A stretch of 64,000 bases of DNA from Candidatus Methylomirabilota bacterium (GCA_035569815.1 DATMMG010000184.1:4017-68016), one strand, 5' to 3'. Shown: positions 18,184-28,527, counted from the first letter of the stretch. Notes: generated by a model from the letters alone, not told the origin. Translations and numbers: made by a program.

Positions 18184-19496
18184 TGGCGGAAAGGCGCGAT
18201 TTAAAGGCGTATTTGCGCAGACTGGAAGATTTCTCGACGCTGCGGTGGACCGGGCACGTCACCAAAGCGGTGGGGCACCTGGTGGAATCGGAAGGGCCGT
18301 TCTGCAGCGTGGGCGAAGGCTGTGCGATCCTGACGGAAGAAGGAAAAGTCTTCTCGGGAGAGATTGTGGGGTTTCGCGGGCGATCGGTACTTTCGATGCC
18401 GCTGGAGCGACCGAGCGGCATCCGGTACGGCGATCGAATCGTTTCCCGCGGGACGCATCCGTCGTTGCGGGTGGGGCCGGAGTTGCTTGGCAGGGTGATT
18501 GACGGTTCGGGAAAACCACTAGATGAATTTCTAAATTATCGCGCGCGGGAATATTGGCCGCTGCATGGAGACCCGCCGCTGCCGCTGGATCGGCAACCGA
18601 TTCGAGAGCCGCTAGGATGCGGGATCCGGGCGATCGACGGGATGTTGACGTGCGGGCGCGGGCAGCGGGTGGGAATATTCGGCGGCAGCGGAGTGGGCAA
18701 GAGCACGCTGATCGGAATGATGACGCGGGGGACGAGCGCGGATATGACGGTGCTGGCACTGGTGGGAGAACGCGGGAGGGAAGTTCGCGAGTTCCTGGAA
18801 GACGCGATTGGAAAAGAAGGATTGAAGCGGTCGGTGGTGGTGGTTTCCACTTCGGACCAATCGCCGTTGTTACGAATACGGGCGGCGCTGGCGGCGACGA
18901 CGGTGGCGGAATATTTCAGCGCGCAGGGAAAAAATGTCTTGCTGGTGGTGGATTCGCTGACGCGATTTGCGATGGCGCAGAGAGAAATTGGATTGGCGGC
19001 GGGAGAGCCGCCGACGGCGAAAGGGTACACGCCGTCGGTGTTCACGCTGTTGGCGAGGTTGATCGAACGCGCGGGAAATTTCGGGAAGGGAAGCATCACG
19101 GCGTTTTACACGGTGCTGATGGAGGGGGATGACCAGCAGGACCCGCTGGTGGACGCAGTGCGCGCGCTTTTGGACGGGCACGTCATGCTGGAACGGAAAT
19201 TGAATTCGCGCGGACATTATCCGCCGATTTCGGTGCTGGACAGCTTGAGCCGGTTGATGTCCTCGGTATGCACGAAGGAACATCTGGAAAAGGCGAGGAA
19301 TTTACGGGAATTACTGGCGGCATACGCGGCGTCGGAGGATCTGGTTCGGATCGGCGCGTATCAAAAGGGAGCAGACCCGACGCTGGATAGGGCACTAGCG
19401 GCACTGCCGGCGATCACAGCGTTTCTGCAGCAGAAAAAGGGCGAGAGCGCGCAATTTCAGCAGTCGGTGAAGGCGCTGCTGGCTCTGCCGGGGTGA
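18183..19496 (+). CDS. fliI: Flagellar export ATPase FliI
   Basis: GGSGVGKS, GERGREV, DSLTRFAMAQREI, LDGH. Confidence 0.97.
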   Translation: MAERRDLKAYLRRLEDFSTLRWTGHVTKAVGHLVESEGPFCSVGEGCAILTEEGKVFSGEIVGFRGRSVLSMPLERPSGIRYGDRIVSRGTHPSLRVGPELLGRVIDGSGKPLDEFLNYRAREYWPLHGDPPLPLDRQPIREPLGCGIRAIDGMLTCGRGQRVGIFGGSGVGKSTLIGMMTRGTSADMTVLALVGERGREVREFLEDAIGKEGLKRSVVVVSTSDQSPLLRIRAALAATTVAEYFSAQGKNVLLVVDSLTRFAMAQREIGLAAGEPPTAKGYTPSVFTLLARLIERAGNFGKGSITAFYTVLMEGDDQQDPLVDAVRALLDGHVMLERKLNSRGHYPPISVLDSLSRLMSSVCTKEHLEKARNLRELLAAYAASEDLVRIGAYQKGADPTLDRALAALPAITAFLQQKKGESAQFQQSVKALLALPG

Positions 19497-19500
19497 ACCG

Positions 19501-19944
19501 ATGGCGTTTCATTACCGGCTGGAATCCCTATTAAGGTTGCAACGGAGCATCGAGAAGCAGCAGGAAAACCTGCTGATGGGGTGTGCGGCGCGCGTCACTG
19601 CTTTGAAGAATGAGATAGCGGAGTGGGAAGAACAGCGGCGACACAGGAAGAACCGCGGGTCGGAAGAGTTGAAAGAAGGAAGCACAGGGGCGGCGCTGAG
19701 CATGGCTGCGGAGTGGGATGCGACGGCCCGGCGGAAGCAGAAAGAGATCGCGTTACAACTGGTGCAAGCGGAAACAGCCCGGAACGAGCAGGTGGCGAAA
19801 GTGCGGGGGGAACGGCAGAAGCGGGAAGTGCTGGAAGGATTGAAGGAGAAGCTGAAAAGCACTTATGAGCTGGAAGAATTGCGGAAGACGCAGCGGGTGA
19901 TGGACGACATGTACCTGACGCGGTCATTTTACTGGAAGGGTTGA
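19501..19944 (+). CDS. fliJ: Flagellar export protein FliJ
   Basis: FHYRLESLLRL N-terminus, coiled coil, position after fliI. Confidence 0.85.
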   Translation: MAFHYRLESLLRLQRSIEKQQENLLMGCAARVTALKNEIAEWEEQRRHRKNRGSEELKEGSTGAALSMAAEWDATARRKQKEIALQLVQAETARNEQVAKVRGERQKREVLEGLKEKLKSTYELEELRKTQRVMDDMYLTRSFYWKG

Positions 19945-19977
19945 CAGAAGTTGCCGGACGAATGGGCAAAACTTGCC
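19943..19977. promoter_or_regulatory. Candidate activator binding sites G(G/A/T)CA-N4-TTGCC x2
   Basis: gacagaagttgcc (19943-19955) and ggcaaaacttgcc (19965-19977), about 110-140 bp upstream of a sigma54 site. Confidence 0.55.
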
Positions 19978-20084
19978 GGGCAAAAAAGTGAGCGAGCGGT
20001 GCGGCGAGATGAGTTGGTCCTCAGAGTTCCTCTCAAGTGACGGATTGAAAAGCAGATAAGCGAAGAAGGTTCCCCGGAAAAATT

Positions 20085-20100
20085 TGGCCAGCGTTGTGCA
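20085..20100 (+). promoter_or_regulatory. sigma54 promoter TGGCCA-N5-GTGCA for fliK-flgD-flgE
   Basis: GG-N10-GC spacing, 30 nt before the fliK ATG. Confidence 0.6.
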
Positions 20101-20129
20101 TGGGTAGCGTTGGAGTGTGAACAGGCGCG

Positions 20130-22211
20130 ATGGACGCGGAACCCATATCGGTGAACGCAGCGGTGGGCGGAAACGGAAGCAGCGGCGTGAGCGCAGCAAC
20201 TGCAAAAGCTTCGACGTTGCCGGCGTTTGCGCAGGTAATGGCGGAGAAGCAGGCAGCGGTGAGCGCACCGAAGGAAACTGCGACGGCGAGCGGAGCGGAA
20301 CAAGCTCGAGCCGCGAGTGGAACTGCTGATGCTGTTAGGCAGAAGAGTTCGGATAGAGCGCCAGCGGATGCGAACGGCCAGGCCGGCGGAGCTGCGGATT
20401 CACCGAAGAAGGGCAGCGCGAAGGGGAAGAGTTCGGCCGACGCAAGCGCCGCGAAGACCGCGGTGCAAGTTGCCGCACAAGTTCCGGTCCAGGCAGCGGC
20501 ACAAATTCCGGGGATTCTCCCGGGGTTGAATGGGACGATGCCATGGGTGACGACAGCGGATCCGCGGAATGCGGCGCCGCAGGAAATGGCAACGACGAGC
20601 AGTGGAGGGGCGAATATCGGGCAAGCGGCAGTAACAGCGGCGAATGCCGCGGGAGCGAAGGCGGAGACAACGAACACCGCGACGACCAGCGTGGCGACGG
20701 TAGGACAACAGAGAACTGTAACGGGCAACCTGGCAAGCCCGAATGCGGCGGATTCGCAAAACTTGCCGGTAAGTGTGGCGGTCCCGCAGGCGATTCCAAC
20801 GACAGAAAGCGCGAGTAATGCAACGTCCGCACCAGCGACGGCCCCTACGAGTAGCGCGACGCCTCTGGTTCCTACACCGACTGCAGCAACGAGTGCGACA
20901 GAGGGCCAGAAGAATGCGCAGGCGACAGGGCTGGTGGAGGCTCCAAATTCTGCGAGCGTAATGACCGCGGCGAACGTCGCAGATGCGGCGGCGGTGGTGG
21001 ATCAGAGTTTGCCTGTTGCGGGGAATGATTTGGCGGCTCCGAACGCGGCGATGAATGCTGGAAACGCGACGGGGAACCAGGCTACTCCGGTGGCGAGCGG
21101 AGCGAAGCCGGGGGACTTGAGCGCGGCGACTGTAGCAACGGCGGCGACGTTGCCGGTGGCGATTGCGGAGGGTGGCGCAACAAACATGCAAACCACGCCG
21201 AAGAATCAGGGAAAGCGCGGCGCGCAGGAAATTTTGCGGGGAGCGGCGGCGCTCGCGGGGAAAGAGGCGCAGGCCGTGGCGCGGGTGAGCGCGAACGCGG
21301 CGAAGGATTTTGTGGGTGCGATTAAGGGGAAGAGCGGAGCGAACGATACCGGGGCGCCGATTGCATCACAACCGGCGGCGAACGGAAAAAATGAAGCGAC
21401 AGCGAATGTGAAGGCCGAAGCGGTGACGCCGGAGGTTGCGCAGGCTCCCGCGAATCCCGGAAGTGTGAAGAGCGAGAGCAACGTCAGGGGAAATTCGAGC
21501 TTGGAAGAGAGTTCGAGCGGGAATAGCAGCGGCAGTGCGGGAGCCGCGGCGAACGGCAAAGATTCCGCGGCAGGTGGGGATTCGAATGGGGTGCATGGGG
21601 TAATACCGGCGGGACAGAACGTTCCATTGAATCTGGCGGCGGGCGCGGCGAATGCAGTTGCCGCTCAGAGCGGAACGATCGGCAAGGATTCGGAAAGCGC
21701 GATGCCAGCAAAAGCGGGCGACGCTTCTAACAACGCGGCACCAACCACCGCGGATGCCGACGATGCGGCGCAGCAACCGACTGAATCGCGTGTTGTGAAC
21801 GTGGCGCAGTTGGCGGGAGACCAGGGACATTCGCAAGTGCGGATAGCGATGCAGGCGGATCAATTGGGCCAAGTGGAACTGCATGCGACGGTGCACGGGG
21901 AACAGGTAGGGGCTGCGATCACGGTGGAGAAGAAGGAAGCGCATGCGGCGATGGCGGCGGAGATGCCTTCGTTGCAGCAAGCGCTGCAGGACCAGCAGCT
22001 ACGCGTGGGAGAGGTGGTGCTTGTGCAAGGGGCAATACATTCAACGGCAGGGGATGCGGGAAATGCGGCGGCGGAGCAGCAGCGGCGCGGGCAGGCGGGG
22101 TCGACGTACCAGCAGGCGGAAAACGAGACCACCTACGAGGCCGGCGTTGGCGCGAATTTCGAGGGCAGCGGAATTTTTGATGATTCCGGAAGACTGAGCG
22201 TAAGGGCGTAG
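20130..22211 (+). CDS. fliK: Flagellar hook-length control protein FliK
   Basis: Long Ala/Thr/Ser-rich region plus C-terminal LGQVELH...LQQALQDQQL domain; precedes flgD. Confidence 0.85.
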   Translation: MDAEPISVNAAVGGNGSSGVSAATAKASTLPAFAQVMAEKQAAVSAPKETATASGAEQARAASGTADAVRQKSSDRAPADANGQAGGAADSPKKGSAKGKSSADASAAKTAVQVAAQVPVQAAAQIPGILPGLNGTMPWVTTADPRNAAPQEMATTSSGGANIGQAAVTAANAAGAKAETTNTATTSVATVGQQRTVTGNLASPNAADSQNLPVSVAVPQAIPTTESASNATSAPATAPTSSATPLVPTPTAATSATEGQKNAQATGLVEAPNSASVMTAANVADAAAVVDQSLPVAGNDLAAPNAAMNAGNATGNQATPVASGAKPGDLSAATVATAATLPVAIAEGGATNMQTTPKNQGKRGAQEILRGAAALAGKEAQAVARVSANAAKDFVGAIKGKSGANDTGAPIASQPAANGKNEATANVKAEAVTPEVAQAPANPGSVKSESNVRGNSSLEESSSGNSSGSAGAAANGKDSAAGGDSNGVHGVIPAGQNVPLNLAAGAANAVAAQSGTIGKDSESAMPAKAGDASNNAAPTTADADDAAQQPTESRVVNVAQLAGDQGHSQVRIAMQADQLGQVELHATVHGEQVGAAITVEKKEAHAAMAAEMPSLQQALQDQQLRVGEVVLVQGAIHSTAGDAGNAAAEQQRRGQAGSTYQQAENETTYEAGVGANFEGSGIFDDSGRLSVRA

Positions 22212-22223
22212 GGGAGGAAAGTT

Positions 22224-22682
22224 ATGGGAAGCGTATCAGGACCATTGTTCGGGACAACGCAGCCGACGGGAAGTTCGAGCGCGAACTCATCAAGCTCGTC
22301 GAGCGGATCGAACTCGGTGTTGGGAACGAATTCGTTCATCACACTGCTTGCGGCGCAATTGCAGTCGCAGGATCCGACGAGCCCGATGGACCCGAGCCAG
22401 ATGATGAACGAACTGGTATCGATGAACACGTTGCAGACGCTGACGAACATCCAGCAGATCCTGCAGGTAGCGACAGGCGTGAATCCGGGACAGAGCAGCA
22501 CAACGGGTAGCGGGACGGGCACAGGGACTGGCACCGGAACGGGTAACAGCGGGGCGAGCCCGAACGCAGTACCGAACGCACAGGCAGCGGCGTCAAGAAT
22601 GGTAAGCGGGCCGAGTGCAGCAAATCACGACGCAATTTTTCAAAGTAAATTAAACGCCACCTCCGGGTCGGCGAATCAATAA
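22224..22682 (+). CDS. flgD: Flagellar hook capping protein FlgD (short form)
   Basis: FITLLAAQLQSQDPTSPMD. Confidence 0.9.
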   Translation: MGSVSGPLFGTTQPTGSSSANSSSSSSGSNSVLGTNSFITLLAAQLQSQDPTSPMDPSQMMNELVSMNTLQTLTNIQQILQVATGVNPGQSSTTGSGTGTGTGTGTGNSGASPNAVPNAQAAASRMVSGPSAANHDAIFQSKLNATSGSANQ

Positions 22683-22694
22683 AAGGAGAAGGTC

Positions 22695-24239
22695 ATGCCA
22701 TCATTTTCGATTCCATTGTCGGGCTTGGACGCAAGTTCAACAGGATTGTCGGTGATCGCGAACAATCTTGCGAACTTGAACACGGTAGGTTTCAAAGGGC
22801 AAACCGCGACGTTTCAGGATTTGTTTTATCAGCAGATCGGGACAAGCGGGGACGGCAACGCGGTGCAGGAAGGAGTTGGAGCGTCGGTTTCAGGTATCAG
22901 CTCCATCCAAACGCAAGGCAGCATCCAGACGACAGGTGTGCCGACGGACGTGGCGATCCAGGGTGACGGGTATTTTGTGGTGAACCTGGGCGGCGAAGCG
23001 CTGTATACGCGCGCCGGGAATTTCAGCACCGGCCCGAACGGCGACTTGCTCACGCAAGACGGAGCGACGGTACAGGGATATAACGCAGTGAACGGAGTGG
23101 TTCAGGCGAATGCCACGCTTGGCGCGCTGTCGATACCGACAGGACTTATTAATCCACCGAAGGCGACCACAAACCTTCAACTGGCGTTGAACCTCGATGC
23201 GACGAGCGGATTGCCGGTTAGCCCGGCGTCGCAGCAGACAGGCGTGGGAATTGCGGCAGGGACGGTGTTGGCGACGGGAAGTCAATTGTCGTTCACAGAT
23301 GGAACGAATGCGTTCACGTATACGACGGTGGCGGGCGATACTTTAGCGAGCGTGGCGACGGCCATTGATGCAAATCCGAGTTACACGGCGTCGTTGAACG
23401 GCAACAACCTGGTGATAAACGCAGCGAGCGGAACGCCAGTGACGTTTAGCGCAAACACTCTGACGGACGCGGCGACAGGCACGCAGGCGGTGACGTTCAC
23501 CCCAACAGGGACGCCCGTAGTGCCGGGAACGTTCAGCACTTCGATCGTGGTGCATGATTCGCTGGGAGCGAGCCACGTGCTGACGTACAACTTCACGAAG
23601 AGCGCGGCGAACACCTGGCAATATCAAATCACGGTGCCGGCGGCGGATCTTGCGGCCGGCGGGAATCCCGTGGTGGGCACGGGGACGCTCGCGTTTAATG
23701 GCAGCGGGCAGCTGATTTCGCCAACGGGAAGCGTGCCGGGATTGACGATTTCGAATTTTGCGAACGGAGCGAATCCACTGACGTTTGCATGGAACCTTTC
23801 CGGGGCGAATGGCGGCGGGCTGGTGACGCAGAACGCAGCGCCGTCGGCAACTTCCTCGACGCAACAGGATGGGTATGCGAGCGGTTCGTTGCTGAGCTTT
23901 ACGATCGGCAGCGACGGCGTGATTCAGGGAATATTCAGCAATGGACAAACGAGTCCACTGGGGCAGATTGCGCTGGCAACGTTTGCGAACGGGCAGGGGC
24001 TGGTTCGGAACGGGTCGAATGAGTTTTTGGCAAGTCTGGCTTCGGGCGCGGCGAACGTGGGAATTCCGGGGACCGGAGGACGCGGAAGCCTGAGCGGGGG
24101 CGCGCTGGAGCAATCGAACGTGGACATCGCGACGGAATTTGCGCAGCTGATTCTGGCGGAACGGAGTTACCAGGCCAATGCGAAGGCGGTGACGACGTTT
24201 GACGAAGTGACGCAGACGGCGATTAATTTGAAGCAATAG
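22695..24239 (+). CDS. flgE: Flagellar hook protein FlgE
   Basis: IANNLANLNTVGFK, DVAIQGDGYF, YTRAGNF, LEQSNVD, RSYQAN. Confidence 0.96.
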   Translation: MPSFSIPLSGLDASSTGLSVIANNLANLNTVGFKGQTATFQDLFYQQIGTSGDGNAVQEGVGASVSGISSIQTQGSIQTTGVPTDVAIQGDGYFVVNLGGEALYTRAGNFSTGPNGDLLTQDGATVQGYNAVNGVVQANATLGALSIPTGLINPPKATTNLQLALNLDATSGLPVSPASQQTGVGIAAGTVLATGSQLSFTDGTNAFTYTTVAGDTLASVATAIDANPSYTASLNGNNLVINAASGTPVTFSANTLTDAATGTQAVTFTPTGTPVVPGTFSTSIVVHDSLGASHVLTYNFTKSAANTWQYQITVPAADLAAGGNPVVGTGTLAFNGSGQLISPTGSVPGLTISNFANGANPLTFAWNLSGANGGGLVTQNAAPSATSSTQQDGYASGSLLSFTIGSDGVIQGIFSNGQTSPLGQIALATFANGQGLVRNGSNEFLASLASGAANVGIPGTGGRGSLSGGALEQSNVDIATEFAQLILAERSYQANAKAVTTFDEVTQTAINLKQ

Positions 24240-24258
24240 GTTACGCGAAAAAGCAAGA

Positions 24259-24317
24259 GGGCGGGGCAAGCCCCGTCCCTACAAGGGTAGTAGCGTCCAC
24301 CTGAAGGTGGACGCTAC
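24259..24317. repeat. Two GTAG-type REP hairpins
   Basis: gggcggggcaagccccgtccctac and the perfect inverted repeat gtagcgtccacc-tgaa-ggtggacgctac (24290-24317). Confidence 0.85.
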
Positions 24318-24415
24318 AGCTTTGTTAGAACATCTTCATGAGTTGATTCGGAAACGAAGGGGTGTTCCAAAGCTGCACGAGCGGAAACCAAGCGAGAAAT
24401 TCTTCAAAAACTAAC

Positions 24416-24443
24416 TCAACCTTTTGCAGCGACTTGCCGATAG
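24416..24443 (+). promoter_or_regulatory. Candidate sigma28 promoter TCAA-N16-GCCGATAG upstream of fliL
   Basis: Good -10 element; variant -35 and spacer. Confidence 0.4.
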
Positions 24444-24512
24444 CGAGAAACGGGAAGAGAGCGCCGAAGAGCCGATTGGACGGTTCTTAAATTGCAAGTA
24501 TGTGTTCTTGGC

Positions 24513-25034
24513 ATGGCTGAGAACACTGTACCGACGTCTGTAACTAACAACAACGCGGGGGCACCGCCGCGAACCGCTATCGTGGCGGAGAATCGATCCT
24601 TGTTGCCGATGATGGCGGCATTCCTGTTTCTAACCGTATTGGGAGGCGGAGGCGCAGCGTGGTTTGTTGCGCAGCGCGACACCGCGGGCGCAGCAGGGAA
24701 GCAGACCTACAGTCCTGGGCAAGTGGTGCACCTGGAAGGATTCACGGTAAACCTTGCCGACGCGGAAGAGGGCCATTTTGTTCGCGTGACGATAGACCTG
24801 GATCTGGAGCGGACGCCGCCGCCTTTGGACAAGGACAAGCCGGCGAGCGGGCTTCCCGTGGCCAGGATTCGCGACACGATCATCGGGGTGCTTGCGGCGA
24901 GCAAGGCCGATGTGCTGTTGAGCCCCGACGGAAAAATTCAACTGAAAAAGAATTTGGTAAACGCGCTTAACCAGAAAGTTCCGGAGATGAGCGTGCGCGA
25001 GATTTATTTCACGGAATTTCTGGTGCAACGGTGA
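24513..25034 (+). CDS. fliL: Flagellar basal body-associated FliL
   Basis: Single TM, FTVNLAD, IRDTII, IYFTEFLVQ. Confidence 0.93.
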   Translation: MAENTVPTSVTNNNAGAPPRTAIVAENRSLLPMMAAFLFLTVLGGGGAAWFVAQRDTAGAAGKQTYSPGQVVHLEGFTVNLADAEEGHFVRVTIDLDLERTPPPLDKDKPASGLPVARIRDTIIGVLAASKADVLLSPDGKIQLKKNLVNALNQKVPEMSVREIYFTEFLVQR

Positions 25035-25037
25035 ACG

Positions 25038-25316
25038 ATGGCGACCCTGCAGATGGCAACCACGGCGAAAAAGAGCGCATTCGGCGAGGAGCTTTGGCAG
25101 GAGGCGGCGCTGTTGCCGTGCCGATTGAGCGTGGACGTACCGCTGAAGGAGTTCACGGTGCGGGATTTGCTGCAATTGGAGCCCGGGTCGGTGGTGGAGT
25201 CGAAGAACGTGAATGGAGCGGACGTGCCGGTGATCGTGAACGCGCGGCTGGTGGGATGGGCGGAGTTTGAAGTGATGGGGCAGAGGCTGGCGCTGCGCGT
25301 GACCGAACTGGCGTAG
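25038..25316 (+). CDS. Small FliM/FliN C-terminal (SpoA) domain protein
   Basis: FTVRDLLQLEPGSVVE, VNARLVGWAEFEVMGQRLALRVTE. Confidence 0.85.
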   Translation: MATLQMATTAKKSAFGEELWQEAALLPCRLSVDVPLKEFTVRDLLQLEPGSVVESKNVNGADVPVIVNARLVGWAEFEVMGQRLALRVTELA

Positions 25317-25327
25317 GGGAAACGAAC

Positions 25328-25627
25328 GTGTGGACAGCGGAACAGAAAAATAGTGGCGCGCTGGTGATGACAGCAGGGAGGCCGTGGAAAGCCGCGTGGG
25401 AACGCGTGGCCGCGTTCTGGAAGAGCGTAAAGGTCAGACGGAAGACGCATACGCTGCACCTGGAAGAGACGCTGTCGCTGGGCGAGCGGCGAATGCTGGC
25501 GATCGTGGAATGGAAGGGCGAGAAGTTACTGCTGGGAGTGACGCCGCAACAGATCACATTGCTGGAGCCGAGGGGGGAAGCGCAATCAACAGAGGGCGGT
25601 TTGCACGACGAGGCGCGCCATCAATGA
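25328..25627 (+). CDS. fliO: Flagellar biosynthesis protein FliO (short)
   Basis: ETLSLGERRMLAIVE...LLLGVTPQQITLL. Confidence 0.85.
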   Translation: MWTAEQKNSGALVMTAGRPWKAAWERVAAFWKSVKVRRKTHTLHLEETLSLGERRMLAIVEWKGEKLLLGVTPQQITLLEPRGEAQSTEGGLHDEARHQ

Positions 25628-26385
25628 AAGTTTTTCGAGGCGGGGCGGTTCTGCGATGGATGGCGGGCGCGGCGCTCTGCCTGGCCGGGCCGGCGCTGTC
25701 CACTTTCGCATCGGGGCAGCAAAACGTTTTGCAGATGCCGGGAATCAATGTGCGGACGGAATCGACGCCAATCACGATCATTCTGCTGCTGACGTTTCTG
25801 ACATTGTTGCCGGCTATTTTGCTTTCGATGACGCCGTTTGTGCGGATTTTGATTATTTTCCATTTTCTCCGGCAGGCGCTGGGGACGCAGACGGCGCCAA
25901 CGAACCAGACGCTGATCGGGCTGGCACTGTTTCTGACTTATTTTTTGATGCAGCCGGTGATCGGCAGCGTGCGGAAAGAGGCGCTGACGCCGTACGAGCA
26001 CGGAAAGATCAATGCATGGCAAGCGCTGGACCGCTCGGCGGTGCCGATGCGGCAGTTCATGCTGCAGTACACGCGGGAAAAAGATCTGGCGCTGTTCCTG
26101 GAAATGAGCAAAGAGCCGCGGCCTACGAGGCCGGAAGATCTTTCGATGAGCATTGTGATTCCGGCGTACGTGATTTCCGAGCTGAAGACGGGATTCCAGA
26201 TCGGAGCGGTGCTGTTTCTGCCGTTTCTGGTGATTGACCTGGTGACGGCGTCGGTGACGACCTCGGTCGGAATGTTCCAGCTGCCGCCGGTGGTGATTTC
26301 GACACCGCTGAAGATATTGCTGTTTGTGGTGGTGGATGGCTGGAACCTGGTGATCGGATCGCTGCTGAGGAGTTTTCATGTTTGA
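25624..26385 (+). CDS. fliP: Flagellar export gate FliP
   Basis: LRQALGTQTAPTNQ, PAYVISELKTGFQIG, PLKILLFVVVDGW. Confidence 0.96.
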   Translation: MKVFRGGAVLRWMAGAALCLAGPALSTFASGQQNVLQMPGINVRTESTPITIILLLTFLTLLPAILLSMTPFVRILIIFHFLRQALGTQTAPTNQTLIGLALFLTYFLMQPVIGSVRKEALTPYEHGKINAWQALDRSAVPMRQFMLQYTREKDLALFLEMSKEPRPTRPEDLSMSIVIPAYVISELKTGFQIGAVLFLPFLVIDLVTASVTTSVGMFQLPPVVISTPLKILLFVVVDGWNLVIGSLLRSFHV

Positions 26386-26394
26386 GGCTTGGCG

Positions 26395-26664
26395 ATGACG
26401 CCGGAACAAGTGGTGCAACTGAGCCGGCAGACGATTGAGGCGGCGTTCTGGGTGGCGATGCCGATCCTGCTTTCGGCGATGGCGGTGGGGCTGGTGATCA
26501 ACGTGGCGCAGGTGCTGACGTCGATTCAGGACACGACGGTGTCCACGGTGCCGCGGCTGACGGCGGTGGGGATCATCGTGTTTTTATTGACGCCCTGGAT
26601 GCTGAATCACCTGGTGACGTTTACGCGGGCACTATTCAGCGATTTCCGGTTGTACACGCAGTGA
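26395..26664 (+). CDS. fliQ: Flagellar export gate FliQ
   Basis: VGLVINVAQVLTSIQDTTVSTVPRL. Confidence 0.94.
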   Translation: MTPEQVVQLSRQTIEAAFWVAMPILLSAMAVGLVINVAQVLTSIQDTTVSTVPRLTAVGIIVFLLTPWMLNHLVTFTRALFSDFRLYTQ

Positions 26665-26673
26665 GGAGATGAC

Positions 26674-27441
26674 GTGGCGGTACCACTCGAAATGATGGTG
26701 CTGCGCGGGGCGGCGATTGGGCTGCGGCTAAGCGCGGCGATATTATTCATGCCGTTTTTCGGGAGTGTGGCGATACCGGCGCAGGTGAAGGCGTTGCTGG
26801 TGCTGGTGTGCACGGCGGTGATGTACCCGGCGATTCATTTCGCGCCGCCAAGACTGACGGTGTTCACGGTGACGCAGATGGCTCTGAGCGAAGTGATGCT
26901 GGGGCTGGTGATGGGATTGTGCCTGCAGTTTGTGTTTGAAGCGGTGCAGATGGCGGGGCAGATCAGCGGATTCCAATTGTCGTTTTCATTGGTAAACGTA
27001 ATCGACCCGCAGACCAACGTGGACACGCCGGTGTTGGCGAACCTGCACCAGCTTTTCATGCTGATGATTTTCCTGCAACTGAACGTGCACCACTGGATGC
27101 TGCGCGCGGTGCAGGCAAGTTTCGAGCGAGTGCCGCCGGGAAGCGTGACGTTCGGGATCGAGCAGGTGCGGACATTGTTTCAGGCGGCGGGAGTGATGTT
27201 TGTGGCGGGAGTGCAGCTAGCCGCGCCGGTGATCCTGGCCACGATGATGCTGGACGTGACGGTGGGATTCATCAGCAAGGCCGCGCCACAACTGCCGGCG
27301 TTGTTTTTGAGCGTGCCGCTGAAAAGCATGCTTGGGTACGTGGTGCTGGCCATGGCATTCGGATTGTGGCCGGGATTTTTTGAGAAGCAGTTCGGGCACG
27401 CGCTGGGCTGGAGCTGGCGAATGCTGGAACTGGCGAAGTAA
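26674..27441 (+). CDS. fliR: Flagellar export gate FliR
   Basis: Hydrophobic; MPFFG, EAVQMAGQ, KAAPQL. Confidence 0.93.
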   Translation: MAVPLEMMVLRGAAIGLRLSAAILFMPFFGSVAIPAQVKALLVLVCTAVMYPAIHFAPPRLTVFTVTQMALSEVMLGLVMGLCLQFVFEAVQMAGQISGFQLSFSLVNVIDPQTNVDTPVLANLHQLFMLMIFLQLNVHHWMLRAVQASFERVPPGSVTFGIEQVRTLFQAAGVMFVAGVQLAAPVILATMMLDVTVGFISKAAPQLPALFLSVPLKSMLGYVVLAMAFGLWPGFFEKQFGHALGWSWRMLELAK

Positions 27442-27453
27442 GGGGAAAAGCGA

Positions 27454-28524
27454 TTGGCGGACAACCGCACAGAGAAGGCGACACCGAAGAGGCGGACAAA
27501 GGCCCGGGAACACGGGCAGGTGTTGCGCAGCCGCGACCTGGTGTCGGCGATTACGCTGCTGGGTGTTGTGTGTGCGATGGCGTGGTCGCCGGGAATCTGG
27601 GTGAACGACTGGCGGCGATATTTCAACAGCTTGCTGAATGTGGCGGAATCTTCGCGGTGGGACGCGGGAGGTATGCCGCTGCTTTCAGCGACCGGAAGCG
27701 TGGTGTTGCTGTGGGCCGGGCCGCTGCTGGCGGTGGGATTTGTGACCGCGGTCGCGGGCACGCTGGCGCAGGGTGTGCCGACGTTTGCTACGGAAGCGCT
27801 GGTGCCGAACTTCAACAAGCTGAACCCGGTCAACAATCTGAAGCAACTGTTTTCGATGGCAGGAGTGAGCCGGGTGCTGAAGTCGCTGCTGCCGACGTCG
27901 ATCATTTTGTATCTGGCGTTTGGGCTGATCCGGAGCCATGCGGAGGCGATTCTGCATGCGACGCGGCTGCACGGAGAAGGATTGATGGCGCTGCTCGGAT
28001 CACTGTGCGTGGGTCTGGCGTACCGCTCGGTGATGGTGTTTCTGGCATGGTCGGGGCTGGACTATTTCATGCAATGGAGAACGTATGAGAAGTCGCTGCG
28101 CATGACGAAGCAGGAAGTGCGCGACGAAGGAAGAGAGAACGAAGGCAATCCAGAAATCCGGAACAAGATCAAGCGGCTGCGGCGGGAACTGGCGCGGAAA
28201 TCACTGCGGAAGGCGATGGAGCGGGCGACGGCAGTGATCGTGAACCCGACGCACTATGCGGTGGCGCTGGAATACCGCGCGGCGACGATGGCGGCGCCGG
28301 TGGTGGTGGCGAAAGGGCGGAATTTGATAGCGCTGAAGATCAAGGAATTGGCGCGATGGAATGAAATTCCGATTGTGGAAAATCCTTCGCTGGCACAGGC
28401 GCTGTACAAGGCGACGGAAGTGGGGCAGACGATACCGCCGAAGCTGTATGCGGCGGTGGCGGAGTTGTTGGCTTTCCTGTATCGCGCCCAAATGAGGATG
28501 CGGGGAGCAGGGGTGAGGACGTAA
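27454..28524 (+). CDS. flhB: Flagellar export switch FlhB
   Basis: TEKATPKR, MTKQEVRDE, NPTH autocleavage motif. Confidence 0.97.
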   Translation: MADNRTEKATPKRRTKAREHGQVLRSRDLVSAITLLGVVCAMAWSPGIWVNDWRRYFNSLLNVAESSRWDAGGMPLLSATGSVVLLWAGPLLAVGFVTAVAGTLAQGVPTFATEALVPNFNKLNPVNNLKQLFSMAGVSRVLKSLLPTSIILYLAFGLIRSHAEAILHATRLHGEGLMALLGSLCVGLAYRSVMVFLAWSGLDYFMQWRTYEKSLRMTKQEVRDEGRENEGNPEIRNKIKRLRRELARKSLRKAMERATAVIVNPTHYAVALEYRAATMAAPVVVAKGRNLIALKIKELARWNEIPIVENPSLAQALYKATEVGQTIPPKLYAAVAELLAFLYRAQMRMRGAGVRT

Positions 28525-28527
28525 GGC

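Noticed and set aside
24481-24496. CGGTTCTTAAATTGCA as a sigma54 promoter for fliL
   Set aside because: Spacing is right, but the -24 box is poor and it leaves only about 6 nt of leader
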